This document shows, one piece after another, positions 40,346 through 52,174 of a stretch of 64,000 nucleotides of DNA (positions are counted from its first letter, which is position 1; every line of letters starts with the position of its first letter). The DNA lies in contig NC_069007.1 of assembly GCF_001194135.2 (NCBI RefSeq), positions 13,775,186-13,839,185 on the forward strand, in the 5' to 3' direction. A model generated the notes under the pieces. That model was given only the letters and a program-made list of their open reading frames with translations, was not told where the DNA came from and ran no database searches. This DNA is from Octopus bimaculoides. Its lineage: Eukaryota. The translations under genes were made by a program, and so were the position numbers.

Positions 40346-41509
40346 TATACAAAACACATGCCAAACATACATTTTTCATTACACACGCACTAATATATTA
40401 CATGAACTAAAAATGACTTAGAAAATAATTAAGCACATCAAAAACTAAATCAATAAACCACTAATATATAACATTACGTATTTTCCTGACACAACGTGTG
40501 TGCGTGCGTGCGTTTGACATCCCCCACACACTTCTAATTAAACCAAGACGAATATGTAAAGGTTAAGGTTGAAACTAATATATTTAATCCTAGATTTATT
40601 ATGTATGTCAGTATTATGTAAAACTAATAAAGCTAAAAATTTAATTTACAAAGTAAAAACATCTCGCGTCTTAAATACTTGGGCAATTTTCATTTAGAAA
40701 TATTTCTGAGAAAGAAAGAAAGAGCAGAGTTTGAGGGTAGCCGTCCTTTGAAGTTCCGAGCCTCAAGGAAGAGTAGAGAAAGAGGAGAAAATGAAATATA
40801 AAAAAAAATTGCGGAGAAAGAGGATATTTCTTAAAAATTATGATTTCCGTTCTATGAAAAACACACAAAATACTTTAAAATACTTTCCAATGAGATATTA
40901 GACTTCGAAGGGCAGTTATTCCAATAAAAGAAACCTCTTGCTATCTCCGATATTATTTAGACCTTGTGACGATGGGTGACTTAGGGTTTATGTTACGGTG
41001 TTGGGCTTGCCATTGCAAGGTCGTGCGTTCGACTCCACCCACGACCGAGTGCTGTGTTGTATCCTTGAGCAAGACCATTTCTTTAGCACCCCACCGGCTG
41101 ACAACAGGAGTTGAGACTTAAAACTTGCGTGGCATGGCGTCCCGTCTAGGGTGGAGGGCGTCTTCACAGATACCAATAGCAATGACCCGATGCTTCTATT
41201 TCAAAGCAGAAAGAGCCAAACTTGACGATAGCTCCATAGTGAGAAAATAAAATAAAAAGGAGTCTACCTGGTCAACAGACCTGCACGACATAGTAACCAA
41301 ATAGCCCTCAAATCAGTCTTCCAATGTAAAAGACATTGTACTATCATACTTATAAACTTAGACTGATCTATCATAAGCACCAGAACTTAAGGCCAGGGCT
41401 TAACGAGTTCTATAGCCTTACATGCTATGGAAAAAAAATGGCTTTATTTAGATCTCTGCTCAGTCATGACCAACAAGGGGCTAAACTACAGCAAACAGCC
41501 AAAATATTG

Positions 41510-41621
41510 CTCCTGGGTTCAGTCCCAATGCATGGCACCTTGGGCAAGTGTCTTCTGCTATAGAATCAGGCCAACTAAAGCCTTGTAGGTGGACTTGGTA
41601 ACGGAAACTGAAAGAAGCTTA

Positions 41622-41688
<67 letters not shown>

Positions 41689-41905
41689 CGTACATATATA
41701 CATATGAATATATTTGTGTTCCCACGATTGCTTCACAACCGATGTTGGTGTGTTTGCGTCCCTGTAATTTAGCGGTTTAGCAAAGGAAACTGATAGAATA
41801 AGTACTAGGTTTACAAAGAATAAGTCCTGGGGTTGATTTCTTTAACTAAAGGCGGTGCTCTAGCATGGCCACAGTCAAATGACTGAAACAAGTAAAAGAA
41901 CAAAA
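41510..41905 (+). mobile_element. SINE family A copy, 5'-truncated, with long (GT)n
   Basis: Core and tail match the family. Confidence 0.85.
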
Positions 41906-42998
41906 AAATTCCTAATAATATTTAATTCATAAAAATATGATTATTTTAAAAAACATTGAACAGCTCTGAGGGTCCATTTCAGTAAAATAAGAACCAACAG
42001 GTTAACAAAATAGTTGAGAAACTGCTCAAACACTTCAAACGAAATCTCACTCATCCACGCCCATTTCTTGACAGCTGAACCAACCAGGAAGTATATCTAG
42101 ATCAATCGACCTGCCAGAAATAGTAACCAAATCTACCTCAAATCATGTCACACTTCCAAATTTTGTCACTATAATCCCAAGACAAGACAGTTATGAATGG
42201 GACATCTTTGGTCAAACGTCTGTTTAATTAGGATAAAGTACAAATGAACAGCTTAATGCTAGCTGGCATTTTCACTTTCAAAACATCGAGACTCCTTTTA
42301 CATAGCAGTTTGAAAAATAGATATTGATGAAAAAGACTAATTACTGGTGTGACATGATTGACTCAGGAAAACAGTGTTCCTGCATGACAGCTGACCAAGG
42401 ACTGAAACCAGTAAAAGACTGACCTAATAGTGCTCTCCTGCATGGCAAAGTCACCAGATGTGAACGATATTTGGTTTGATAGCACCCTATATCATCAGTA
42501 CCAAGAAATACAGACATAGCTGACAGTACAGTCTTCTACCAAAAAAAATCCCAGTACAAATTTGTAACCAAAAGTTAAAAGCCAGTTAAAAAATAATAGA
42601 ATGCTCTTTTAAATCATTTATAATACACACTCAAACCACAACCAAGGACCAATCAAAATATATATATACACACATACACACAGTATCATCTGTATAAAAA
42701 TTTGTATACCATTGTAATAGACTGACAGTTTAATTTAAGAGATTCTATAAACAGTCCATAACTCAAGTCTCGGATGAAGACCAAAATGGATTTAGCAAGA
42801 GCAATTAATACAGCACCACGAAGAATTTATGGTAACCAACAAACTAAAGAAATGCTCATATTGAAGAAAGAACATAACAGGACTGGCACAATCATACATA
42901 CACACACACACACACATAATACATACATACACACACACATACACACACACACACACATAATACATACATATGATCACTTTTAAGAATGTTTGACTTAC

Positions 42999-43010
42999 CG
43001 GTTTTGGCAT
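42999..43010 (-). CDS. RDX: First coding segment (MPKP) of a probable ERM (ezrin/radixin/moesin) gene
   Basis: Minus strand reads CCGACC ATG CCA AAA CCG | GTAAGT: good Kozak context, in-frame TAA 30 nt upstream, no upstream ATG in the exon, consensus donor in phase 0. Ezrin and radixin start MPKP with an intron after codon 4. Only 4 codons are visible, so the identity is an inference, and the symbol stands for the ERM family rather than a specific paralog. Confidence 0.68.
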
Positions 43011-43111
43011 GGTCGGTAGTGATGGTAAGGAATAATATTAATATCCAATGTTTATAGATTTATATCCTACTAGTCTATCTAGAAATACAGATTCCAAGAG
43101 GAAATCAAGTT
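42999..43111 (-). other. 113-nt internal exon (101 nt 5' UTR + 12 nt CDS) of the probable ERM gene
   Basis: Long polypyrimidine acceptor (..ttttttcctcttttttttctttgcag|AACTTG, AG at 43113-43112) and CCG|GTAAGT donor at 42998. The acceptor implies an upstream non-coding exon. Confidence 0.8.
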
Positions 43112-44224
43112 CTGCAAAGAAAAAAAAGAGGAAAAAAATTATATTTAAATACAAAAAAAGAAAAGTTTTTGAAAATATCCAAAATGACAATTACAAAAAA
43201 TACATTAAACAGTGTAAAAATAAAAAAAAAAGTCAAAATATCTAATTTTAAAAATCCTGCAATTTAGTTTTCAATACCTGAAAATAGATTCATTATGAAT
43301 AATGGTTGTTAAATTGTAAAAATAGGAAATAAATTTTTTTCTTCTGATTCATATTCATTCAGGGTGGGCAGGTAAAAAAGAACTAATTGAAATAGGTGTT
43401 GTCAACAGTTTTTGGTGTGTCAACACCTACTACCTAAGAAATAAAGAAAAAAGGACTGGTTAACCCCAGTAGGGTGGAAACAAACTAAACAGACCCTTAA
43501 ACTATTGTATCAATTCCAAACCACTGCCTAAGAATGTATTCATAGTAATGAGAGCCTCTATGAGGTCCCTACACCTGCTAGAAATAACAAACAAAAACCT
43601 TGTCAAATCGTACTCCACCCTTTTAAAAGGGTCGTTAGTTAATGGAAAACTTTAAATTTATTTTTTCTTTAATTTCTTTTTTTTAGAAAAACAGGAATGG
43701 CCACAGCTTGAATATTTTGCTCAGAGGACTGTTCAACAAAGATGGTCTGAATATTAACAATGTAGTAAACCATTGATTAAGAGAAATGTTTAAAAAAACA
43801 AAAATGCAGTTTTTTTGTTAGAAAAACAATGCAAAGTCAGTGTAGAAAAAGAAAAGAAAAAGAAATACGAGCTAATTAAAATGAAAATAGAAGTTTTACT
43901 TGCTAATTAGTTGAAGAGTTCTTTTTCTTGTCCAGGAGTTTTGACAAACTAAAAACCAAGACCACGCCTAAAACTTACAGAGCAGGTTGAATTTGTGAAG
44001 TGAAATGAAAAAAAAAAATCTATGAAAAGAATACACACAGACACCACATAACTATGAATGAAACACTACTTGGTTTATATTATAAAGTGAAATGTGTGTG
44101 TGTGATGGTAGAGACGGAGAGAGAGTATGTTGTTGGACCTGTTAGAGAGAGAACCTGCCACCAAATGTTCTAACCACACCCCAACGACTTAAATAAAGAA
44201 GAAAAAAACACTACACATACACTC

Positions 44225-44625
44225 AAGCGTGGTAGCACGCTTAAGAAGATTGCTTGCCAACAATGCAGTTTGGGGTTCAGTCCCACTGTGTGACACCTTG
44301 AGCATGTGCTTCTTGCTATAGCCCTTGGCTAACCAAACCCTTGTGAGCAGATTTGGTAGACTGAAACGAAAGGAATCCTTTGTGTGGGTGTGTGGTAAGA
44401 AGCTTGCTTCCCAACCACATGGTTATAGGTTCAGTCCCACTGCGTGGTACCTTGGGCAAGTGTCTTCTACTATAGCCTCGAGCCAACCAGGGTCTTGTTA
44501 GTGGATTTGGTAGACAGAAACTGAAAGAGGCCAGTCACATTATATATGTGTGTGTGTGTGTTTGACTAAAGGCCGTGCTCCAGCATGGCCGCAGTCAAAT
44601 GACTGAAACAAGTTAAAGAGTAAAG

Positions 44626-44705
<80 letters not shown>

Positions 44706-45005
44706 TTTTATTCATTTCAGTCAGACTGCGGCCATGCTGAGGCACCCTCTTGAATTTTAGTTGAATAAATCGACTCCAATACTTAATTTTTAAGTTTGGT
44801 GCTTATTCTATGGGTTCCTTATCCTTTGTCAAGTGGTGGACAAACACACATACACACACATCCAGGCTTCTTTCAGTTTCCATCTACCAAATCCACTCAT
44901 AAGGCTTTGGTTGGCCTGAGGCTATCGTAGAAGATACTTACCCATGCAATGGAACTGAACCCAGAACCATGTGGTTGGGGGGCAAACTTCCAACCACACA
45001 GCCAT
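44225..45005. mobile_element. SINE family A cluster: two + copies (44225-44630) and a - copy (~44700-45005) around (TA)n
   Basis: Family motifs in both orientations. Confidence 0.8.
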
Positions 45006-45228
45006 GCCTACACCTGTGTGCGTGTGTGTGTGTGTGTGTGTGTCCGATAGCAATTTCTTCTCTTCGGATTTTTCCCTTTCTACTTTCCAACGAAGGGCTA
45101 TGCTGGAAACGTCAGGCCATCCCCTTTCACCCTGTGATATTGATATGTGCAGGGATTGGAGAAAGCACATCCAAACTACAAATGCTTCCAAGTCAATTTA
45201 AACAGGTTTTATGTGACTCAAGAAAGTA

Positions 45229-46124
45229 CAGGGTATTTCAAAAAATTTAATATCATTTCGCCATGTAATAACTTTGGCCAGTTCTTGTACAAATGACTTC
45301 ATATTTTAACAGCGTGTGTAGAAACAGGTCAAAATTTTGTGTTTAATGCTTGATATGTTTATCTTTTCAGGTATAGAAATGGTATTCACTGGAAGAGAAA
45401 TGGTGTTTTGTGTGTTGGAGTATGCTTGAACACAGTCAAAGAAGATTGTGCATTAGAGAGTTCTCTAAAAAGTCACCAATGGCAATGCAGATTTGGACAC
45501 GACACAAAAATTTCAAAGAGGAAGGCTGTCTGTGCAGGGCAAAAGGATCTGGGCGACCACTAACATCGGAAGAGACGATCGAGCGGGTTCGCCGAAAACT
45601 CTCGCGAAGCCCCAAGAAGTCCATAAGAAGAACAAACCTGGAAACCCAGATTCCTTCAATGACAGTTTGGCATGTCCTGAGGAAGTGCTTGCTAATGAAC
45701 CCCTACAAGCTGCAGCTTGTTCAGGCCATAACAGATGACAAGCGAAAGCACCAACAATTCTGTGTTGATTTGCAAGAGAAACTTGAAGAAGCCGAGTTCA
45801 AGGAATGTCTCGTTTCCTGCAAACCTAGAGGAACTCGAACAGAGAATCACTACCACACTGAAGACTGTTACCCAAGACATACTGCAGCATGTTTAGGAGT
45901 AGCTGGACTACCGACTTGATGTGTGCCGTGTCTCAGGTGGTGCGCATATTGAACATTTGTGAAATCATTCATGGAATCCACATACCTTTGAATTTCTCAT
46001 TCAAATTTGGAGGAATAAGTTTTATGTTGCTCAACATTAAGCCTGTTTAGTTTCATTTGCTTTGACTTTGTAGTTTCTGTGACATTTACATCTCAAATGA
46101 TGTCAAATTTTTTGAAACGCCCTG
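45229..46124 (+). mobile_element. Tc1/mariner-superfamily DNA transposon, internally deleted
   Basis: 29-bp TIRs CAGGGTATTTCAAAAAATTTAATATCATT / CAGGGCGTTTCAAAAAATTTGACATCATT (4 mismatches); TA on both sides. Confidence 0.93.
45379..45962 (+). pseudogene. Degenerate Tc1/mariner transposase (HTH N-terminus fused to C-terminus; catalytic domain deleted)
   Basis: MVFTGREMVFCVLEYA*.., ..GCLCRAKGSGRPLTSEETIERVR..SPKKSIRR..TVWHVLRKCLLMNPYKLQLVQAI.., then a jump near 45815 to ANLEELEQRI..LDYRLDVCRVSGGAHIEHL*. Contains stops and frameshifts. Confidence 0.9.
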
Positions 46125-47200
46125 TATAAGATATATTAAGGTTTAGCGTTTCTTCAGGTACATTAACATGCGGGCTACAAGATAGTTTTGTTAGGAGAAA
46201 GGAAAAAAAAGTTTGATATTGGATGAAGTGTATATCGTTATCATTCTGCATCCATTTCCCATTCTGGTATGTGTCAAGATGGTTTGACTGGAACTGGTAA
46301 GCCAGAGAATTCCACCAGGGTCAGGTCTGATTTGGTTTCTATGGTTGGATGCCCTTCCTAATGCCAACCATTTCACAGAGTGTATTGGATGCCCATTAGG
46401 TGTCACCAGCATGGGTGCCTTTTACATGTCACTGGCACTAGCCACAACCATGATTTCACTTAGCTTGATGTCTTCTCAAGCACAGCAAATCACCGAAAGT
46501 CTTGGTCACTTGTTATTACCTCCATGAGACTCAGTGTCCGATGATCAAATTTCACCACCTCATCCTACATCTTCCCAGGTCTACCTCTTCTACAGGTTTC
46601 CTCCACAGAGATTAGCACCTCTTTACACAGCAGTCCTTGTCTATATGCACATAACATACGTTCATTCATAAACTTTGTTGATTGAGTGTCATCTGCTTCG
46701 TGTCATCTATACATGCTCGATGATAACTGCCTGTACCAAAATCCTTTTGGCACGCACTACTATTACTATATATATATATATATGCGTGTGAGTATGTGTG
46801 TGTGTGTGTGTAATAAATATATATAAAATGTGTGCACACAAGTGCCACTTTGTCTTATAGTTGTAAACGAGCATCACTCCCAGACATGTACTGAGGTCGG
46901 TTTCCAGTTTTCCATAAAAAATTTGTCTGGTGATGGGGAAATATTTCCTTGCTTGAAAATGGCTGAGGATTGGTGACAGGAAAGGCACACAGCTGAAGAA
47001 AATCTGACTGAATAACTTCTCTGACCCATGCAACCATAGAAAATTGGATGTCAAATGATAAAGACATGTAAGTGTCAACTGATAACAGGATTATTCAAGA
47101 AATTAGAACCAATATACTGAACTAAAAAGTTTGTCACTGTCTACAATATATTCCGACTTGCTCGTTGCTGCCTTCATGCTCTTGCTTGATGGGGCTGGGG

Positions 47201-47480
47201 TCAACCCAGGTTAGAGGTTCCAAAGACATCATGAATAGAGTGAATTGGGTCTACCAGTACTCTCCATTACTGGTGGTTCCATGCCAACCCCTCTGCATCC
47301 TCTAAAGAGATGTCAAGCCTCTGAAGATCTTCCTTAATTACATCCAACCATTTGTGCGTGGGGCCTGCCATGAGGCCTCTTCCAGCTTTGAAGAAGCTCA
47401 ACAGCCATAAAGACCCTAGACATGATGAAAGCAGGCAGAGAAAACCTGATCCGGTGGCTCATTCACATCACCAGCTATGT
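47201..47480 (-). pseudogene. LINE (RTE-like) ORF2 C-terminal remnant
   Basis: Minus-strand translation WKRPHGRP/THKWLDVIKEDLQRLDISLEDAEGLAWNHQ*WRVLVD (one frameshift, one stop), typical of the KRPRGRP..W.D.I..DL...A..R..WR tail. Confidence 0.75.
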
Positions 47481-48351
47481 AAGGGTTTCAGAGTGACTCC
47501 CAAAATGACTGAATCCAGGACATCATATGCTCAACTTAGAATGCAAAAATGAACAGTAACCAAATAGGGTTTGAATATTGAGGTTTGTCAAATAAAAGAT
47601 AGGCTGAGCTTAAACATCTACTTCACAACATTTCTAGTATCTCTGGTGGAACAGAAAACAATCCACAACCAAACCAAAACCTTGGAGATCTGAAGAGTCA
47701 GCAAAAGTGTGTAAACGTGTTAAAGCTCTCCAAAAGCAGTGATGCTTAGCATTTTATTCCATCTTTACCAAAAGATGGTAGAATTGTTAGAGTGCTTTGT
47801 AGTAGTTGTTCTTATCCCCTGTGCAGCAATTTCAAATCCTTCCAAGGTTAACTTTGCCATTCATCTTCCTTGGTTGATAAAATAAAATACTCATCATGGT
47901 TGATGGAATTTTCTGAGGGGAGATGCCTTATGGTAACTGTTCCAAATCTTTGTATATTGAATCTTTGGCTGGTAGATTTAAACCTGTCTCAAGTTTAAGA
48001 CCATCACCTGGTCCTTCAAGTGTAGCCTAATTTGTTGTCACCCAGTTTGACACCACCACCTGATCCTGAGATACCCCTAGTATGGTTAATTATTACAACT
48101 ATTCAACCCTTTTTTCCAGTTTGAAGGCAACTTCCTTTCATCACACAAACCTTAGGGGTCCTGGAAAATTAAAGAATAAAGGGCACCACCCTTTCCTTGA
48201 CAAAGAAAGTGAAAAATTCAAAAAGATGAATAAAGAAAAATTTAAGACATGTCATCGTCTGGTTTTGGTACAGTGAGAAGTTAAAGACAATACCCATGAC
48301 ATCCAAGACTGATGGAAGTTACAAAGAAACCACAACATCTAGGTTACCCTT

Positions 48352-48549
48352 AACCATTCTGATACCAACCCCACCTAAGATCAAGCCCTGGTTCTATGGT
48401 GCATACTTCCTGTTTTAAAGTGATCCAAATTAAAACCTTCCGTCAAACACCAGTATACAAATTATTTTACTTAAATATTCATTAATTTCAAAATTAATTG
48501 AAACGAAGGCAGTGTATTTCATTAGAAATATGGTAACAAAAAAAGGTTA
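48352..48549. mobile_element. Second TTAA-type MITE family; related pieces at ~9311-9400 and 12749-12945
   Basis: ttaaccattctgatacc ... ggtaacaaaaaaaggtta termini; shared internal sequence between the copies. Confidence 0.55.
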
Positions 48550-49689
48550 CACAAGAGACCTGCTCTGAAAGCTTGCAACAAGAGACACTAGTTAGTATAA
48601 GGTCTCTAATGCCCTGTGGTAGTGGTCATCAGCTGGACATAAATTTTTTTTCCCCACATGTTAGTAAAGGTTGGTTAAGATTTAACTTGTTTGCAAGTCC
48701 CAAGCGCTTTCATCAGTTAGTTCTAAATGTCCACGTTTGTTTTCAGACTTTTAGTTAGCGCTTGTTCCATACATTCCTTTTGTAAGTCCAAAGATATTAT
48801 GGTGGTTGAAAAAAATTAGAAATGTGTATCACATATGATGTATGAATGCCAGGAAAATCTGTCCTGGGTACCATGTAATACACAGGACAGACAAAGAGTA
48901 AAGCAGTTCTATTTGTACAGATGGATGCTTATTCTCAACACTGACTCTCGTTTACAAGGAAGGCCCTTTATTGTCTACACAGACTGAAACCACCGAGCTA
49001 CCAGATGAATTGTGAATGTGAGGGCATAAACATCACCAATTCTCAAATGGTATCAATGCAGAAAGACATGTGGACACACACAGGATTTATGTACAATCTC
49101 TGTCAGCCAAATTTCACTTCATACTGACTGGTCAAACCATGGCTGTAGTAAAAGACCCTTGCTAAAGGGGCCACACAGTGATCAACCCTAAAACAAAAGG
49201 TGCAAAGTGAAATTCTTTACAGCCAGTAAAGACTCAAATCCAACATCCAAGAATTCGTACAGTCCATCCTACATACTTCTGCAGTTTGTTTAACCAATTC
49301 CAACAGAAAGCATAGACAACGCAATAAAGAGGAAACTCTGAAGACCTCCAAGAACCAAGTATTGTGCAAAACCAGTGTGTTGAACAATGATCAGGTGCAT
49401 ACTACTGAGGGCTGATCTTTTACATGGAAATTATGGGTTTTGGGGGATGAGATAATCATCATTGTCATTTAGTGTCCACCTTGGGTTGGATGATTTGACA
49501 GGAGCTGACCAGGCAGAAGACTGCACCAGACTACTGTGTCTATTTTGGCATGGTTTGTATGGCTGGATGCCCTTCCTAACACCAACCATGCAGCAGAGTG
49601 GAATGAGTGCTTTTTACATGGCACCAGCACAGGCAATGTCAGTTTTGGCATGGTTTTTACAGCTGGATGCTCTCCCAAATGCCAACCAG

Positions 49690-49974
49690 CTGATCCAATC
49701 AACAGAACAGGCTGCTTGTGAAATTAACGTGTAAGCAGCTGAGCACGCCACAGACATGTGTGCCCTTAATGTAGCTCTCAGGGAGATTCAGCATGACACA
49801 GTGTGACAAGGCTGGCCCTTTGAAATACAGGTACAACAGAAACAGGAAGATAAAGTTGTAGAACTATAGAGCCTTGTGGAACTTTAGGTGTTTTCGCTCA
49901 ATAAACACTCAATGCCCGGTCTGGGAATCGAAACCGCGAGTCTGCTGCCCTAACCACTGGGCCATTGCACCTCC
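49690..49974 (-). mobile_element. tRNA-headed SINE family B; partial copies at 1-190 (-), 15377-15520 (+), 22530-22680 (-), 40975-41190 (+), 49990-50130 (-)
   Basis: Minus strand GGAGGTGCAATGGCCCAGTGGTTAGGGCAGCAGACTCGCGGTTTCGATTCCCAG (A/B-box-like) followed by a shared body. Confidence 0.75.
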
Positions 49975-50139
49975 ACTAATAGAATGTGATTAGGATGGCC
50001 CTTTAAAATACGGGTGCTACTCATTTTTGCCAGCTGAGTGGACTGAAGCAACATGAAATAAAGTGTCTCTCTCAAGGACCCAACACATCACCTGGAATCA
50101 AACTCACAACCTTACGATCATAACCCAAACACCCTCACA

Positions 50140-51650
50140 CACGTTCTTTTACTTGTTTCAGTCATTTGACTGTGGCTGAGCTGGAGCACCGCCTTTAGTC
50201 AAGCAAATGGACCCCAGGACGTATTCTTTGTAAGCCTAGTACTTTATCAGCCTCTTTTGCTGAACTGCTACGTTACAGGGACGTAAACACACCAGCATTG
50301 GTTATGAAGAGATGTTGGAGGAACAAACACAGACACAAATATACACACACACACACATATATATATAACAGGCTTCTTTCAGTTTCCATCTACCAAATCC
50401 ACTCACAAGGCTTTGGTCGGCCCGAGGCTATAGTAGAAGACACTTGCCCAAGGTGCTACAGAGTGGGAATGAACCTGGAACCATGTGGTTGGGAAGCAAG
50501 CTACTCACCACACAGCCACTCCAGGTATTTTACACTACAAATCTCGAGGGATATTTGGCTGCTAGTTTTACCAGGTCAAGCTACTATTTAGGGACTCCAT
50601 TGTTGGTTGACCCATATACGTGTATGAAACTCATACGTGATTGGTGTGAAGAACACTTTATCAGGTACAAATGACCGGTCGTGGGAGAAAGAATGCAAAC
50701 AATAGGATTCAAATTGTTAACATGAAATGAATTCCAACCAAAGAAATCACAAAAAAAAAGAAATTCCTTCAGACACGTTTTTATGTCTATGTTTATAAAT
50801 ATGTACAATCGTATCTGAAGGAAAAACCACGTCAAGGGCAAAGAATGTAGTAATAACAAACCTATGACGTGTCGGTGTCATGTTGCAGGTTTTTAGGTGA
50901 CGCACAAACCTTGTGCCTCTTTGCTTTAGTCGTTGCACTGTGGCCATTCTGGGGTGTCACTTTGAAGCATTTTTTAGTCAAATTATACCCAGTACTCATT
51001 TTTAAGACTGATGCTTAGTATGTCAGTCACCTTTGGTGAACTGCTAAGTTACGGTGATGTAAACAAACCAACAACTGGTTGTCAAATGGTGGAGGAGAAT
51101 ATAAACACATGCACACATGAGTTTCTTTCAGTTTCTGTCTACCAAAGCCACCCACAAGGCATTGGTCGGCCTGAGGCTTTAGTTGAAAACACTTGCCCAA
51201 GATGCCATACAGTGAGACTGAACCCAGAACCATGTGATTGGGAAGCAAACTTATAAACATAGACCCATGCCTATGAAAAAATTCTTCCTACATAAAACAT
51301 TATAGAAAGTTTATCTAGGCATGGCTGTGTAGTAAGAAGCTTGGTTCCAGGTTCAGTCCCACTGCATGGCACCTTGGGCAAGTGTCTCGTATCATAGCTT
51401 CAGGTCCATCAAAGCCTTGTCAGTGGATTTGGTAGACAGAAACTGAAAGACACCTGTCATATATATGTGTATGCACGTGTGTCCCCCAGTACCACTTGAA
51501 GTGGTTACATCCCCATAACTTAGCAGTTCAGCAAAAGAGATAAAATAAGCCCCAGGCTTAGCAAAATACATGTATTGGGGGTTTATTAATTCAACTAGAA
51601 TTTCTTCAAAGTGGTGCGCCAGCATGATCACAGTCTAATGACTGAAACAA
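50140..51650. mobile_element. Three SINE family A copies: - (50140-50522), - (~50930-51270), + (~51317-51650)
   Basis: Family motifs. Confidence 0.8.
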
Positions 51651-52121
51651 AAGTACCTACCAAAACTTAAAATACTGAAATAACATGAACAACTAGTTTG
51701 ATTAAAACATAAATTTTAACTTGTTGGGTTAAAAAGGTTCATCGTTACTNNNNNNNNNNNNNNNNNNNNNNNNNNNNNNNNNNNNNNNNNNNNNNNNNNN
51801 NNNNNNNNNNNNNNNNNNNNNNNNNNNNNNNNNNNNNNNNNNNNNNNNNNNNNNNNNNNNNNNNNNNNNNNNNNNNNNNNNCACAATTATCAATGAAGGG
51901 GAAAAATAAACCATTGGTACTCAACCATTTTTTGTCTAGGGGCCTTTCGGTTATTTTTACACAGGTAAACCCTCATAGCCATTCATTGTTTAAAAAATCC
52001 CATAATTATGTTTCTATGATTAAGTATTAGGAATTGTATGAAAAAAATTGTTAAAATAAGTATTGTAAAAGTAGAACCAATGTTGCTGCACATAAGCTTT
52101 AACAATAAAACCTTATATGGG

Positions 52122-52174
<53 letters not shown>

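Larger units (their letters stand above)
38700..41300. promoter_or_regulatory. CpG-retaining intronic island; candidate alternative promoter or regulatory region
   Basis: Unique sequence with visibly more CpG than the flanking intron. The SINE at ~40975-41190 keeps its CpGs. Qualitative reading only. Confidence 0.45.

Noticed and set aside
1-42998. Expected next ERM exon ([19 protein letters not shown])
   Set aside because: Manual scan for reverse-complement MDAE and FDQ|GT patterns gave only non-matching hits (e.g. ~15737 reads SRYFDQ). Not visible here; it may be outside the window or in a gap.
49900-49974. tRNA-like sequences here and at other SINE heads
   Set aside because: They continue into shared SINE bodies and lack a complete cloverleaf; these are SINE heads, not tRNA genes.
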